64,000 nt of DNA from Mesotaenium endlicherianum (taxonomy: Eukaryota), in NCBI GenBank assembly GCA_009602735.1, contig WELA01003517.1, forward strand, positions 705,473 through 769,472. The letters run 5' to 3'. Made by a program: the position numbers and the translations under genes. The notes beneath the pieces are model-generated. The model had not been told where the DNA came from. It saw only the letters and a program-made list of their open reading frames with translations, and ran no database searches. Positions 50,673-63,305 of this stretch are shown here, piece after piece. Position 1 is the first letter of the stretch; every line of letters begins with the position of its first letter.

Positions 50673-53600
50673 TCATCCCCCTCCTCAAGATGCGACGTCC
50701 TCGACGCATTCTGCAAATAACGTCTCAACTTACTCTTACAATGAGTCAAGTTGGCCTCTGGCTCCCAAGTGTTGTCGTCTGCAGGGTAGCCTTTCCACTT
50801 GACCAAATACTCTTGGACAAATCGTTGACCTCGCTTGACTCGTCGATCGTCGACAATCGCCTCCACTTCATACTCCAATACGTCATCGGTCTCGACCGGT
50901 GGGGGCGGTGTGGGTAGTCGTCCTGGATGTCCTTCATCCGGGTCAACGTATTGCCGCAGACAACTGACATAGAACACATCATGGATATGCCAACTTGAAG
51001 GAAGTTCCAACTTGTAGGCCACTGGATTCACCTGCTTGAGCACTACAAAGGGACCTGTAAAGCGTGCCCGCAGTTTCCTCTTGCCTGTGAAAGGTAGGTT
51101 CTCTGTTGACAAGAGTACTTTGTCGCCCACATGGAAGGTCACTTCCCTCCGATGCTTGTTGGCATGCTTGACCTGCTGTTCTTGTGCCTTTCGTATAGAT
51201 GTCTTAGCCATGTCCCAAGTCTTGGCCATCTGCTCCATGAACGCTTGTGTAGTAGGAACCTGAGTCTCCTTGGCCTTTTCCAACAAGATGTTCCCTGGAT
51301 GATATACTTCTCTCCCATAAACCATGGTGAATGGTGACTGCTTGGTCGATCCCTGCATGCTGTTGTTGTAGGCAAACTCCAACCATGGTAGCTTCTTGTT
51401 CCACTCTGAAGGATCCTCCATAGTGAAACTTCTGAGCACCTCTTGCAGAGTTCTGTTGAGCCTCTCACTCTGCCCGTCTGTCTGAGGATGATAGGAAGTG
51501 CTCATACTCAGCTTGGTTCCCATCAAAGTAAACAATGACCGCCAAAAGTTGCTAGTAAACCTTGGATCCCGATCTGAAACAATCACCTTCGGCAACCCAT
51601 GTACCCTGGAAATATGATCAAAGAATAGCCGTGCCACATCCGCTGCCGTAGAAGTTTCCTTCATGGGAATGAAGTGAGCCATCTTGCTAAGTCTATCAGA
51701 TACAACCCAAACTGCATCGTGCCCTTGACCACTCATTGGTAAAGATGTGATGAAGTCCATAGCAATCTGCTCCCAAGGATACTCTGGAATAGGCAGGGTC
51801 TGCAATGTACCTCCCTTCTTTTGATTTGGTGTCTTGTTTCTCTGGCACGCATCGCAACTCCTGATCCACTCCTCGATGTCCTTGTCCATATTTTTCCAAT
51901 AGTATTCCCGTTTCAGCACGCTTGCCGTCTTCTTGCTTCCAAAGTGTCCAGCATATAAATAATCATGATGCTCTGCAAGTTGTAAGTCTCGTAGCTCCTT
52001 GATGTCAGGTACCACCACTCTCTTGGAATCACCATAATACCATATGCCGTCCTTCTGCTGCATACTCGCGTTGAACTCAGCTGCTTCACCATCAGCTAAA
52101 TCTGGGTCCTCCTCATAACCTCTTCGAAGCTTCTCCTTGAAGTCCATATTCTCCTTGATGACTGAGACAGCTGCAAGGTCACACCTCCTGGATAAAGCGT
52201 CTGCAGGGTTGATCTTCCCAAGTAAGTACTCAATCTTGTGGTCGAACTGTTGCAGAAACTCCATCCACCTTGCCTGTCTTGGTGTCAACGTTGGCTGCGT
52301 CATAAACTTCTCCAAGCTCTTGTGGTCGGTCTTGATGAACACCTTCCGGCCGTCCACATAACATCGCCAAATCCTCAAAGCCTGGATAATAGCCAACATC
52401 TCCCGCTCGTGTGCTGCATAGTTCTGCTCCGCAGGACTCAACTTCCTGCTCTCGTATGCCACAGGCTGCAATCCCTTGTCCTGGTCCTGGAGAAGAATGG
52501 CTCCCACTGCAAAGTTTGATGCGTCCGTGATGATGGTGAAAAAGCTCTGGACTGGCAATTGCCAACACAGGTGCCTGTGTCAACAGCTCCTTAATCTTCT
52601 CAAAGGCTTGCTGCTCCTTGTCACCCCATAGCCACTTCTCCTGCTTCTTCAACATGTCCGTCAGCGGTGCACACACCTTGGCAAATCCTTCAATGAAACG
52701 TCGATAATAATTCGCCATGCCGAGGAAACTCCTGAGTTGATGAATATCAGCAGGTACCGGCCAATCTCTGACTGCTTGCACCTTCTTCTGCTCCACCTTG
52801 ACTCCTTCAGCTCCCACTATGTGTCCAAGAAACTCGACCTCCTTGAGACAGAAGTCGCACTTGCTCATCTTCCCATACAGCTTTTGATCTCTCAAGACCT
52901 CCAACACCTTCCTCAGATGCTCCACATGCTCTTCCAAGGTCTTCGAATAGATCAGGATGTCGTCCAAAAATACCACCACAAACTGGTCCAAGTAGGGTCT
53001 GAAGATACTATTCATGAGTCCCATGAATGTAGCAGGTGCATTAGTCAATCCAAAAGGCATGACTGTGAACTCGAACAAACCATAGCGAATTCTGAAAGCA
53101 GTCTTTTGAACGTCTCCTTCCGCAATCCGTACCTGGTGATAGCCACTCCTCAAATCGATCTTTGAGAAATACTTCGCCTCGACAAGCCTGTCAATTAACT
53201 CGTCCACTCGTGGAAGTGGGTGCCTGTTCTTGATAGTGACCTTGTTGAGTGCCCGGTAGTCGACACACATCCTCATAGTCCCATCCTTCTTCTTCACAAA
53301 TAAGACTGGCGCTGCAAATGGAGACTTGCTGGGTCGGATGAATCCCTTCTCCAACAACTCTGTCAGCTGCTTCTTCAACTCATCCAACTCCGCAAACGAT
53401 TGTCGATAGGCGGGTCTCATTGGTGGCTTGCTCCCTGGTTCCAACTCGATCTTGTGCTCCATAGCTCTTTGTGGAGGTAATCCTGCAGGTAGCTCCTCAG
53501 GAAANCTCAAGAAAAACGCACTTGAACTCCTCCAACAGCGCCTTAATGTGGGCAGGCATCTCAGCAGGCTTCTTCTCTTTAGCTGTTCGGCTCTGCTCCT

Positions 53601-54290
53601 TCTGAGCAAGAGGATCAGACACCACTACTTGCTCCTCCGGCGATGTACATTCGCCCAGGCTGTTAGGATTCACGCTTGCTCCATCTGATGACCTGGCCAG
53701 GGCCACCGAAATAAGGTATATCTCCTTCACCTGATTTGCCCTGCATAGCTTCTTAACTTGCAGGCTCGACAGAAGACAGTTACTTGTGGTCGTATCTACC
53801 TCCACCTGTTTCGCTGTCTCCATTCGACCATCACGCCCTTGGACTTTCACTTGTCCTGTGCTCCAGTGCACTTGGGGGTTGGCTTTTCTTAGCCATGGTC
53901 GGCCCAATATCACCTCATGGTGACCTAACTCCGCCTGCTCCATAACTTCAGTACTCTGGTGCCCCGCTACTTCCACATGAATAGCTTCCGTAGGTGCACC
54001 ACACTTGAGTCTCTGCCCATTCGCCAAAATTGCCTCCTTAGGCTCATAATGCTTTTGGACAGGGATTCGCCACTCTTTCACCAGCTCCTTGTGCACAAAA
54101 TTTGCACTTGCGCCACTGTCAACCATACACTTCGCCTTGTTGCCGTCGACCACTCCTTCCACGATGATAGGCTTGTCAACGTCTCGCCCTTTGCTTCTCG
54201 GCAGGCTCCTGGGGATAACCTCCTTGTGAGTTCTTGTCTTCACGCCAGTAGACACCCTAGAACGACTTACTGGCGTCCTCCTTTTTCCTG
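50660..54290 (-). pseudogene. pol polyprotein (protease, RT, RNase H, integrase, chromodomain) with frameshifts near 53505 and 52545
   Basis: PR MVDSGAS...[65 protein letters not shown]...GHFG...[24 protein letters not shown]; chromodomain YEVEAIV...YLVKWKGY...TWEP. Confidence 0.93.
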
Positions 54291-55219
54291 CTGTTGAGGT
54301 TGCTTGGCCTTCACATGACAGTCTCGAGCCAGATGTCCAAGCTTGCCCATTTATAGCAGGGTCCTCTCGGCTTGAAATTTTGCTGCCTGCGCTGGTACTG
54401 CACAAGTCCCAACTCCATAGGTACTGGTCCTTGTCCACTCGTGCTTGGCGCTTGAGGTCCAAAATGTCGATATCCTCCAAAGTTGTGGCTGCCCCACTGC
54501 CTTTGACTATACTCCACAGCGTCGACCCTTGTTGCCAATGCCATCATTTCTCCAAGACTGGTAGGGTCCTTGAGCGCCACTTCCTTGGCCACAGTTGGCT
54601 TGAGTCCCCTCTTGAACTTGTCCATCATCTCCGACTCGTGCATGGATGGACATTGAAGCACCAGCTCGTTGAAGCGCGATACATACTCCTGAACGCTTCC
54701 TCGCTGACGAAGGCGCACCAATAGATCTCGAGCGGTAGCCTCGGGTGCAATAGGTTGAAATTGCCTCTTCAAGCCTTCAAATAGCTGATCAACAGTAGCA
54801 GGAACTCCAGACAGCTGCTCTTCTCGCTCATACCAAGCTCCAGCACTCTTTTGCAGCAAAGTTATGACAAAGGCGACTTGCCTGTCGGGTGTGAGCGCAG
54901 AATACTCCATAAACTTCTTCACTCCAAAAATCCACTGATGAACAGGCGGCGATCCACGCTCTCCAGTATAAACTTCAGGCTTAGGCGCACGCACTCCTGA
55001 TGCGGGTGGAATAATTGGTTGCACCACTGGGTTAACATGAATTGGTGGCACAACAGGTGCAGTTGCCGAACTCGTCAAAGCGGCGTTCCCAACAACAACT
55101 CGCACCATCTTCTCCACCTCCGCGCGCATATTTTGTTGAAACTGGGCGTAGACTTCTCCTCCAATTGCATTTGCCATTTGCCTTAGCATCGCCTGCATCT
55201 CTTGTTGCTCTCTCGTCAT
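54268..55219 (-). pseudogene. gag with a CCHC zinc knuckle broken by a 1-nt deletion near 54348
   Basis: PKPEVYTG...LRQRGSVQEYVSRF...FKRGLKP...PVPMELG. Restoring one base gives CYKCGKLGHLARDCH...QEKGGRQ*. Confidence 0.88.
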
Positions 55220-55333
55220 CGTTGGTGCTGCCTGCTGTCCCGCGCGCTCAACATGCTCGACATGTTCGCCTCCTCCAGCTGCCGTTGCGACTCCATAATA
55301 TAATATGCAAACTAGCCCAGCTCCGATACCAGA

Positions 55334-56093
55334 TGAAAGGGGCAAAGTGCCCTAGTGGAAGCGTAGTGACTCACGAGGAAAGGAACTAGTTGCAATCATA
55401 CTAAAGAGTGCAGCGGCATGTCACTAAGAAAGCTTAGNAGAAAATTACTTGACATTTTGAGTGGCAAGAAATTGCTCACAAATGATGTAGGATGAAAGGC
55501 CTTGTCATTACAAACCCGTAGATATTTACAGAAGTGAAAACTGATAAGAAACAAAGAAGTTATGCCTATTTATAATTTTCTGCCTAAGTGCTCCTCTCTA
55601 GGAGGAAGCTACGGANATGAAGCTACGGATTTTCCCAAGTGTTCGTCAAATCGTCCCTTCCAGAATATTTGTGAGTAAGCCAGATCAGTCTCATCTGATG
55701 TGTCGGGCCGAATTGACGTCCATATACATGCATCGACATTACTAGAATATTCTATCTTAGACGCGCTAGGCTAAACCGAAACTTCTAGGTAAATTGACCT
55801 AGTCGGCACTCCGCGTCAGCCGAACTTACATGAAGGTTCGAGTTCATTCTGACAGGCCAGATCGCTCGATGCTGTCGGTCAATCCGACGGTCACGCTCAC
55901 CGCGAATTAAGGACAGTCGTCAACCGACCTCAAAAATGATTAAACTTCGGAAATCCATAACTCTCTCAATACTTGACCAAATTCGATGAACTTTATATCA
56001 AAATGACCACAAAAATGCACTCTACACTACTATACAATCAAAACATACTTTCATGAAACTCAAAAATGCACTTTATAAACCTATGATTTTACA
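55334..56093 (-). repeat. 5' LTR
   Basis: Adjacent to the PBS; matches 49932-50672; contains two single Ns and a short local duplication. Confidence 0.95.
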
Positions 56094-57240
56094 CGCTATC
56101 TCATAAAGGAGAAGAATGGACTGAGGTGAGTACAGGGCAATTCTACTGGATACGGTCTATAGTGACAAACCCGTGCTTGTGTTCTAAAACTCCAAGAGTG
56201 TTTGCGTAGAGCATCAGCTGAGCATGCAGTGAGCAACAAACCCTAGGGCTAGCTAGCTTAGCCTCAGTTTAGGGTGTTATTGCTCTCTTATGCGAGAACT
56301 TGGTGGATTCCTTTTATGCACGATACGGGGATGTTGGATTCTTCAATAGTGCATGGCTTGCACTGATATTACGTTGAGTACAATAGTTTTATCATTGAGA
56401 TAATGTGCATTATTCGTCACATGTGGTGACTGTGACTTTGTGGACATTTATTTTTGCAAGCTATTCATGCATTCTTTCTTCACTGCTCTTTGTTGATGTA
56501 CATGGATGGCAGCACCATGCACTTGATTTTTATTGTTTGTGTCTCATTTACCATCTTATTGTTCGTAATCATTATCTAATAGATTATTGCAAATCATAGA
56601 ATATGCCGTCAAACTGAATATTATAAGATTTAAATTACACTACGAGAGCAAAAAAAGACCTTCAAACATTTGACACCCATGAGCTTGAAAATTTAAGCCC
56701 ATGTTATCACAAAAGTATATCAAAGACCTTTGCCGCCCTCTGCAACTTCAATTTTTTTCCGTGATATGATCTATTTTGGATGTTTTTGACCGGCAGGAGG
56801 ATGCCTCTTAAAACTCTTCATCTTGAGTTGGGTGTTTATTGAAATCCAAAAATTCACCGCCAGGGTGTTGCCGAAATCGGAGGAATTTGACGAATCCTGG
56901 GGCCTGGTTTGGTAGCGGATGTAGTTGAGCCTTGACGAAGTTTTTTGAAAAGCATATACGTATCCCTGAGGCCCGTCCAACAGGGCCACGTGGCTATCAG
57001 ATATTACATTTATGGAATATGATTAAACCATGCCCACAAACTCATAGTGATGTTGTCTAATGACCAGGTTAGAGGTATGCCTTTATTGACATAAGGCTAT
57101 GAATGAATATGGTGATAATCCAAAATTGAATAACACTATAATAAGACATGGATTAGGATAACGAATGACTGGATACGGTATGAGCTGGGTTAAATGGTAA
57201 TGCGAGGAGGTGCAAGCAAGAAAGAAGGCAACGAAAAACA

Positions 57241-57981
57241 TTGACTTTTTCGAGCTGATGGCATAGATTAACGTGCAAAGCACTGCCAAATTATTAAATC
57301 ACAAGTTGGGAATCCATTATGGTCAATAGTGAGCGAGTATGTGCACTAGTTTGTTGTCGTAAGGCGCCCCTAACAAACCTTGTGAGGGGGAAATCAGTAA
57401 GGGCTTTACATAAGAAGAGGCGCTGCATCCAACTCCAACTTGCTGGTTTTCACATCAGGATGCGACTTATTTGACTTCCGACACCGGATTTGACGTGAAT
57501 TGACGCGCTATAAGCTTGTGGTCAACATGATTGCGCAAAGTTCGTCGGCACTTCGCGGCACTTCCAGGCTGCTTCCATACAGCCAAAGAGAGCAGGTAGA
57601 GAGCATTTCAGAGTCAAGCTAGCGTGGCGTCACGACGAATCATCCTTCGTCGCCGAACGATCAAGCACGATTGTCGTAAATCTCACGTGTTCATTTTGAG
57701 CTATAAAGTCCAACACTAGCGGTCGTCGGTCAATGGTAGTAAATTTGCCGCAAACTTGTTGCCGCAAGTCGCTACTTGGGTGATATTGAGGGTTATTTTC
57801 ATAGCTTGTTTGACCACAAGCAGTACTTTCTGGCGGTCTATTTTACGTCTTCTGTCTTTGGTGTGAAGGCTGTCAGCTTGTCATAGTATGTCGAACATTA
57901 AGATTGGAGAGCGGAACTAATGTCCAACCACTTACAGTAGGCTCTTTCTCTGCTCAGACCTTTGTCCAGATTAATAGTCAA
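57241..57981. promoter_or_regulatory. W-box cluster upstream of the WRKY gene
   Basis: TTGACY on either strand at 57241, 57321, 57471, 57520, 57612, 57728, 57810 and 57976, plus TTGACG at 57490 and 57500. Confidence 0.6.
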
Positions 57982-57984
57982 ACC

Positions 57985-60584
57985 ATGCAGTCACAGAATG
58001 AATTGGTGCCACCAGCTTCTGGTGGTAATTCATCAGGGGGTGGATTTGGTGCGAAACTCGCTGCTAGGAGTAACCCCAATGATTCGAGTGGAGTACCTCC
58101 ATATAGGCCGTCAGCACGGTTTAAAGCTATGGCTCCTTCCCGTTTAGCCACACCACAGGCAAGGAATGGGAGTTACGTGTTCATCCCTCAGGGCGTTAGT
58201 CCCGCAGCTTTTGTTGACTCGCCAGTGCTGCTGTCAACCAACCAGGTGACCTTACCCTCTTTCTGCCTGTTTGGTTGCCACTCAGTATCAGCAAGATCAG
58301 GTCGACTTAGTACCTGTTTTTCATCAGCCGTCTTGAAGCTCTCGCAGTGAGGTGAGTGTTGTTTCGCGTAGTGCTTACATATCTTTACAACGTTTTTCTA
58401 CATGCAGGCAGAACCCTCTCCTACGACTGGCACGTTTACCCTCCCTCCGTTTTTTAATGGCGGTGGACCCAGGTCATATGTTGGTTCTGATTCTTACAAA
58501 GACAAGACTGGTGACCAAAGTGGGACACCGGGATTTGTGTTTAAGCCTTTCGCCAAAGTGCCAACTAGAAATGAAAGTGGGCGTCTTTCACCCCTTTCAG
58601 CCATGGTATGGGCACTGTTGATGGATTTCCTTTTCTGAAGTCGTGTCAGCTTGAAGTCAAGTGTTAGGTTTTCTCTAAAGTTTGTTCAATGTGAGCATTT
58701 TTGAAGTGAAGACTTCCATCATCCCATGTGGTTTAAGAGTTAACTGTCTAACAGAATGCGTGCGTTGCTATATTCTGCAGCCAAATGTGTACTTCTCTCA
58801 ACCAGCTGCAGGCTTACATCCGCTGCAAGAGAGGTCATCTGATAGTCATTCTCAAGACGATGATGGTCGAACTACACCTCCTGTGGTGGAGAAGCCTGCC
58901 GAAGATGGGTATCATTGGCGTAAATATGGGCAGAAGCTGGTGAAGGGAAGTGAATATCCTCGTAGTTATTACAAATGTACACACCCTGGTTGCCCAGTCA
59001 AGAAAAAGGTTGAGACATCTCAAGATGGGAATGTGACTGAGCGGGTATACAAGGGTACTCACACTCATGAGCAGCCAACACCTTTGCGCAAGGTATCGGT
59101 TGTTGTATCAGGAGCAGGACCGTCAGAAGGAGAGAGGGTGGCATGTCCGGAGAAGCAGAGCTTAAGTGCTGGGGGAGAAGAAAAAAGTGTAACCAGAGCC
59201 ACTGGACACTTTTTAGCAAGTCTAAATGGGGACGCTGATGACGCACCTGCAGGTCAGGTGGAGTCCGCAGCAGCTCATGAAGGTTCTGCTGACAGTAGTG
59301 AAGATGGTAAAGAAGATGGTGCTTTAGGTGAAAAAAGAGTGCTTGGGGACGAAGGAGGGGACGCTATGGATCTTAAGCGCAGGTATAGCCCGTAAAAGCC
59401 GAGGTTGCACTGCTTGAAAACAGGAATATTGCAGGCTTGCAGCAAAATAGCAAGACATGCAGTGGTTTGGGAAGATTTTTGTCTTACTTCTGCTGTATTT
59501 CTGCAGCATATTTGGTAGTGATGCACATGTGCATTCAGCAGTTTCTTGGCTCGCAGATTGTTGAGGTCATCCTAGCTGACAGAAAGTATGGTTTGGCATA
59601 AGTGGGATATGAGTTGAAACCTGCTCGGCAATGAGAGTTTGTCTGCTGATCGTACTGTTTGTGAATATTGCTCTTGGGTATGTACAGGAAACTGGAGTTG
59701 AAGGAGTGCCCGTCTTCAGGAAATCTCAATGGGCAGAAGCTGATTCGAGAGCCAAGGTTGGTTGTCCAAGCTACAAGTGATGTAGAAATATTGGATGATG
59801 GATACAGGTGGAGAAAATATGGTCAGAAAGTTGTCAAGGGCAATCCACATCCCAGGTATGGATCAAAACTTGTGTCTTTCTGTTATTTTCTCACCCTGCA
59901 TTGGTCTTTGGCTTTCGAATGATTAGGACCTCGGTCTTGGGTCAAAGTGTCAGCATCCTTGTCTTGAAGTTTTGGCATACAGCTGTTGATGGCGGATATG
60001 AAGATTTGACATCGAGATCCATTTGCCCATGCAGGAGCTACTACAAATGCACTCAGGCAAAATGTCCAGTCCGGAAGCACGTTGAACGATCGTCCGCTGA
60101 TCCGAAAGAAGTCATCACTACGTATGAGGGCAAACATAATCACGAGGTTCCTGTCGCTCGAACAGGCAAGGAAGAACCTAGTGCATCACAAGCAACACTG
60201 ACTGTTGCCAGTGGTGGGAGTGCACCAACTCCAACAAGTGAAGCACCGAGCCCTGTATCTATGTCTGCTGAGCAGACTCAACATGAGGAGGAGGAGTCAC
60301 TGCAATATGCTGGAGAGTCTTTGTACACAGGCAATGCCAGTGCACAAGCATCTCCACTTCTTGGTCCTGATGATGGGCTGGACATACCAAACCGGGGAGT
60401 AGCTAGTGGAGGGACTGCAGCACCATCATCCTTTGCGGGCTTTTCAACCATTGGCGAGAACAGTGTGCAAGGATCAGTAGTACGTGAGCTGCTTCCTGAG
60501 TCCAGTCAAAGCATGTCATCAAACGGGCATATTCCTTTTAATCTCCATTCGAGGGTTGTCATTGCTTCAACACCTTCAAGATAA
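57985..60584 (+). CDS. Group I WRKY transcription factor (two WRKY domains); exons 57985-58245, 58408-58605, 58781-59382, 59688-59855, 60035-60584
   Basis: Two WRKYGQK + C-X4-C...H-X-H domains and the conserved R-type intron after NPHPR. N-terminal [10 protein letters not shown] docking site and SP cluster [17 protein letters not shown]...[10 protein letters not shown]. Confidence 0.95.
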
Positions 60585-61654
60585 CGTAGGTATATAATGG
60601 AAGCAGTTATGGTGGGAGGGTTGCCCTCGCATGGTGCATGGTGCAGGAGAGGGAAGCCTATGTATAGATGTGGTTGTTAGGTATGGCTTGTGACCTGTTA
60701 GCGTGCACCAGTGCTGAGTTGTAGTGTGGGGTACAGAGGTAGGCTTTATGTGAAGGTCAATCAGTGAGGAGTTTCACATGTTTTCTACATGGACTGAAAC
60801 CTATGCTCTTAGTTTGTGATCATATTTACAAGCACTTCCATTTCATTCGGTAGGGAATTGGTCGTCTGCTAGAACCTCAACATGTTGGCATGTGTAAAAA
60901 GTTTTCCTATCACATGTAGACCGTTGTTACATGAACTAAATGGTAGTTATGAGCAGGCCTCTATTTTGTTCTGCCACTACCTTACTCATGAGCTGTGTCT
61001 CGCTTTGATATCTGTCATAATCTGGTAGCTTATTGCACTAATGCATTACTACAAGCTAAAGTTTTTCACTATGATATACCCTTGTATGAAGTGCTGCGGC
61101 TTCCTAAAAACCAACAGACCTATGCATTGAAGTTATTGGCCATTGATTAACCATCCAAGTGGAGGCTTACATTCTTTGACAGCCCGCCTTGGTGTTTCTC
61201 CAAAGGGCTAAAAAATGCCTGAAGTTTTCCAGAATACTTCCTCTGAAAAGGCAACTCACAATTTTCCACCCTCCACAAAATTCTGCACGCATAATAATAA
61301 CCAGCATATTGAGTCCTTACATTCAACTTGATCTGTACACTGACTACGAACGAAACACAACCTGGTCTACAAGATACTTCAATGCAGGAGTAAACAAAAG
61401 GTCCAGCATCAACGGGCGCCTTTAAATGATCAACATGGCCTCAATTGAAGGAACAACGTTCCTTTTTAGCAGAAAGTTTAAAATGTGGCCAAATAATTAG
61501 TGGCAGGGATTTTCACAATATACTGATACAGTTAGTGCCAATGATGTGACAATAGGTCATATTGTGTGAAAAGATTTTTGGCACACAGCAAACCTTGATC
61601 TACATAGAAATACATGGTCATTTGTGCAGAGTTCAAGCAAAGGGTTAAAAATAC

Positions 61655-63305
61655 CTGATGTGCTCTTCTGGCACACTCCACAAAGGCTTGCACACTGGCT
61701 GAACATTCCATTGGGTCCTGCAAGAGAAGTGGTTCACGTTGCTCTAAACTAGCTGACACTTGCAATCAATGTAGTTACTGCAAAATGCAGGCTGCAATCA
61801 AAGAAGTATATGGTATTGGTGTATCGACTGGCTTTCTGGCAGCACACCTACTCGGGTCAATGGGATCCCCACGACTTATGGTTACTACTTGTGTTTTAGT
61901 GCAGCACAGAAACATTTAACAACAGCATATGCCATGTTCATCAGCTGGGATAAGATTTTCATATATTTCTACGAATTTCATGCTCGTAGAGCACGCAAGG
62001 ATAAGGAGAGGAGTAAGAACATGAGACAATTAGATGTACCTTGCTTGCCTTGTAGCAGTCTATGCAAGCCTGCCTCTCAGGCACACACTGGGGTGGCCGC
62101 TGTGGAGCTCTGCCACAAGAGGCCACAACTACGGCAGCATAAATTGCAGCACTTCAATCAGGGGACAGCTCTGGTTACCCCTCAAAGACATTCTACGTAA
62201 TTAAATAGACAAAGCTGGAATGCAACTTCGGCAAATCACTTAGCCAACGGTATAACCACAATCAGCATGAGTCTTAGATAGTAGATTGCTGCTTCACAAG
62301 CCTGCCGTGGTGAATGCACGTTGAAGATGGTGTCGCCTCTGAAGTAGCCAAGGAGACCTACTTGTACTCTTTAGAATGAAGCTCCTTGGCGAGGTTCTTT
62401 ATTTTGTCGACTTGTTGTTCCTCGTCCCTGGCGATTTCCTCTTTCAACTTTGCCTGCTCATGTAAAAAGTCAGGTGGCAAAAGGTCGTCTATATGCTGTA
62501 AACCACTCATCAACTACCTTGAGCATGGCTTCCAACGACCATGGAAGAAAACTAATATCTCGATCTGAAACAGGTGCCTGCATTAATACAAATACTCAAT
62601 CAAAATGGATATGACATCTATCAGTCCAGCAACTGGGCCCCTCTTCAAGCTATTAAAACACATAGAAGTCATTAGGTGCTACTGACCTACTGAGATGACC
62701 AGAGGTATTTCTCATTGCGACCTTATACGTAGTTCAGTAATTCTCGACCTGGTCATCAAGCAGCTGAAAATACTCACAGCTTGTTCAAGAACAACACGAA
62801 TAGGTGCCAGATTCTTCTCGCACTGCTCTGCTCTCAACTGCTCCTCTGCCGATACCTCCTGTGGAAGCCCCGGGAAGAGACCTGAGTGGAATCCTAAGGG
62901 AAGCTGAGAATGACGTGCTCCAGATGAAGGTGAGGGCTTCTGTGGGTGGTGGCCCCCAACAGCTACCTCTGGTGGATTTTCATATCGTCTCTTCTGAACT
63001 TCGTTGCGACCACTCAACCTTTTTAGTAAGCCCTTAGTAAACTGCAAAATTAAAAAAAACTTCAGTGCGTTATCATCAAGCCCTTTCAAGACTGGTCTTG
63101 CCCGGCATTGCACAAAATCAGGCAGCATTTATAAGAACAGGCTCTTTTCCTGCGTTTATGCAAACACGGGATGATGACCCGTGAGTCAGCCGTAGCCAGA
63201 TGCTAAATAATCAGTATCAGTAGAAGCGGCAGGTACTGAGAAACATACTCGGACAGCAGGTGGTGGCCTCTCTTCCTGCTGTTCTCTTGGTGTAGGCCTC
63301 GCCAT
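61655..63305 (-). CDS. Coiled-coil plus twin-CX9C (CHCH) protein, MIC19/CHCHD3-like; exons 63305-63249, 63041-62778, 62495-62362, 62109-62040, 61717-61655; last exon not located
   Basis: A phase-consistent assembly gives ...LAKELHSKEYKAPQRPPQ C-VPERQACID-C YKASKDPME C-SASVQAFVE-C ARRAHQ. Confidence 0.7.

Larger units (their letters stand above)
49932..56093 (-). mobile_element. Full-length Ty3/gypsy chromovirus LTR retrotransposon (defective copy)
   Basis: Two TG...CA LTRs and a 5-bp TSD CGCTA (49927-49931, 56094-56098). PBS TGGTATCGGAGC (55331-55320, tRNA-iMet-like) and PPT GAGGAGGGGGATGA (50686-50673). Domain order is gag-PR-RT-RH-IN-chromodomain. Confidence 0.97.
48955..56906 (+). mobile_element. 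Internally deleted hAT-superfamily DNA transposon (~1.8 kb without the nested LTR element)
   Basis: Ends CAAACCCCTGGATTC (48955-48969) and GAATCCTGGGGCCTG (56892-56906) form a 12/15 inverted match. A perfect 8-bp TSD GTTTGGTA lies at 48947-48954 and 56907-56914. GGATGT/TAAAACTC subterminal motifs occur at both ends, and a transposase remnant is inside. Confidence 0.85.

Noticed and set aside
53495..53520. Frameshift between protease and RT as programmed recoding
   Set aside because: Coincides with an N, so it is more likely an assembly junction. The gag/pol -1 overlap near 54280 also lacks a perfect slippery heptamer in this copy.
56238..56275. AAACCCTA / TTTAGGG telomere-like motifs (also near 40824)
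   Set aside because: Single units rather than arrays; not an interstitial telomere.
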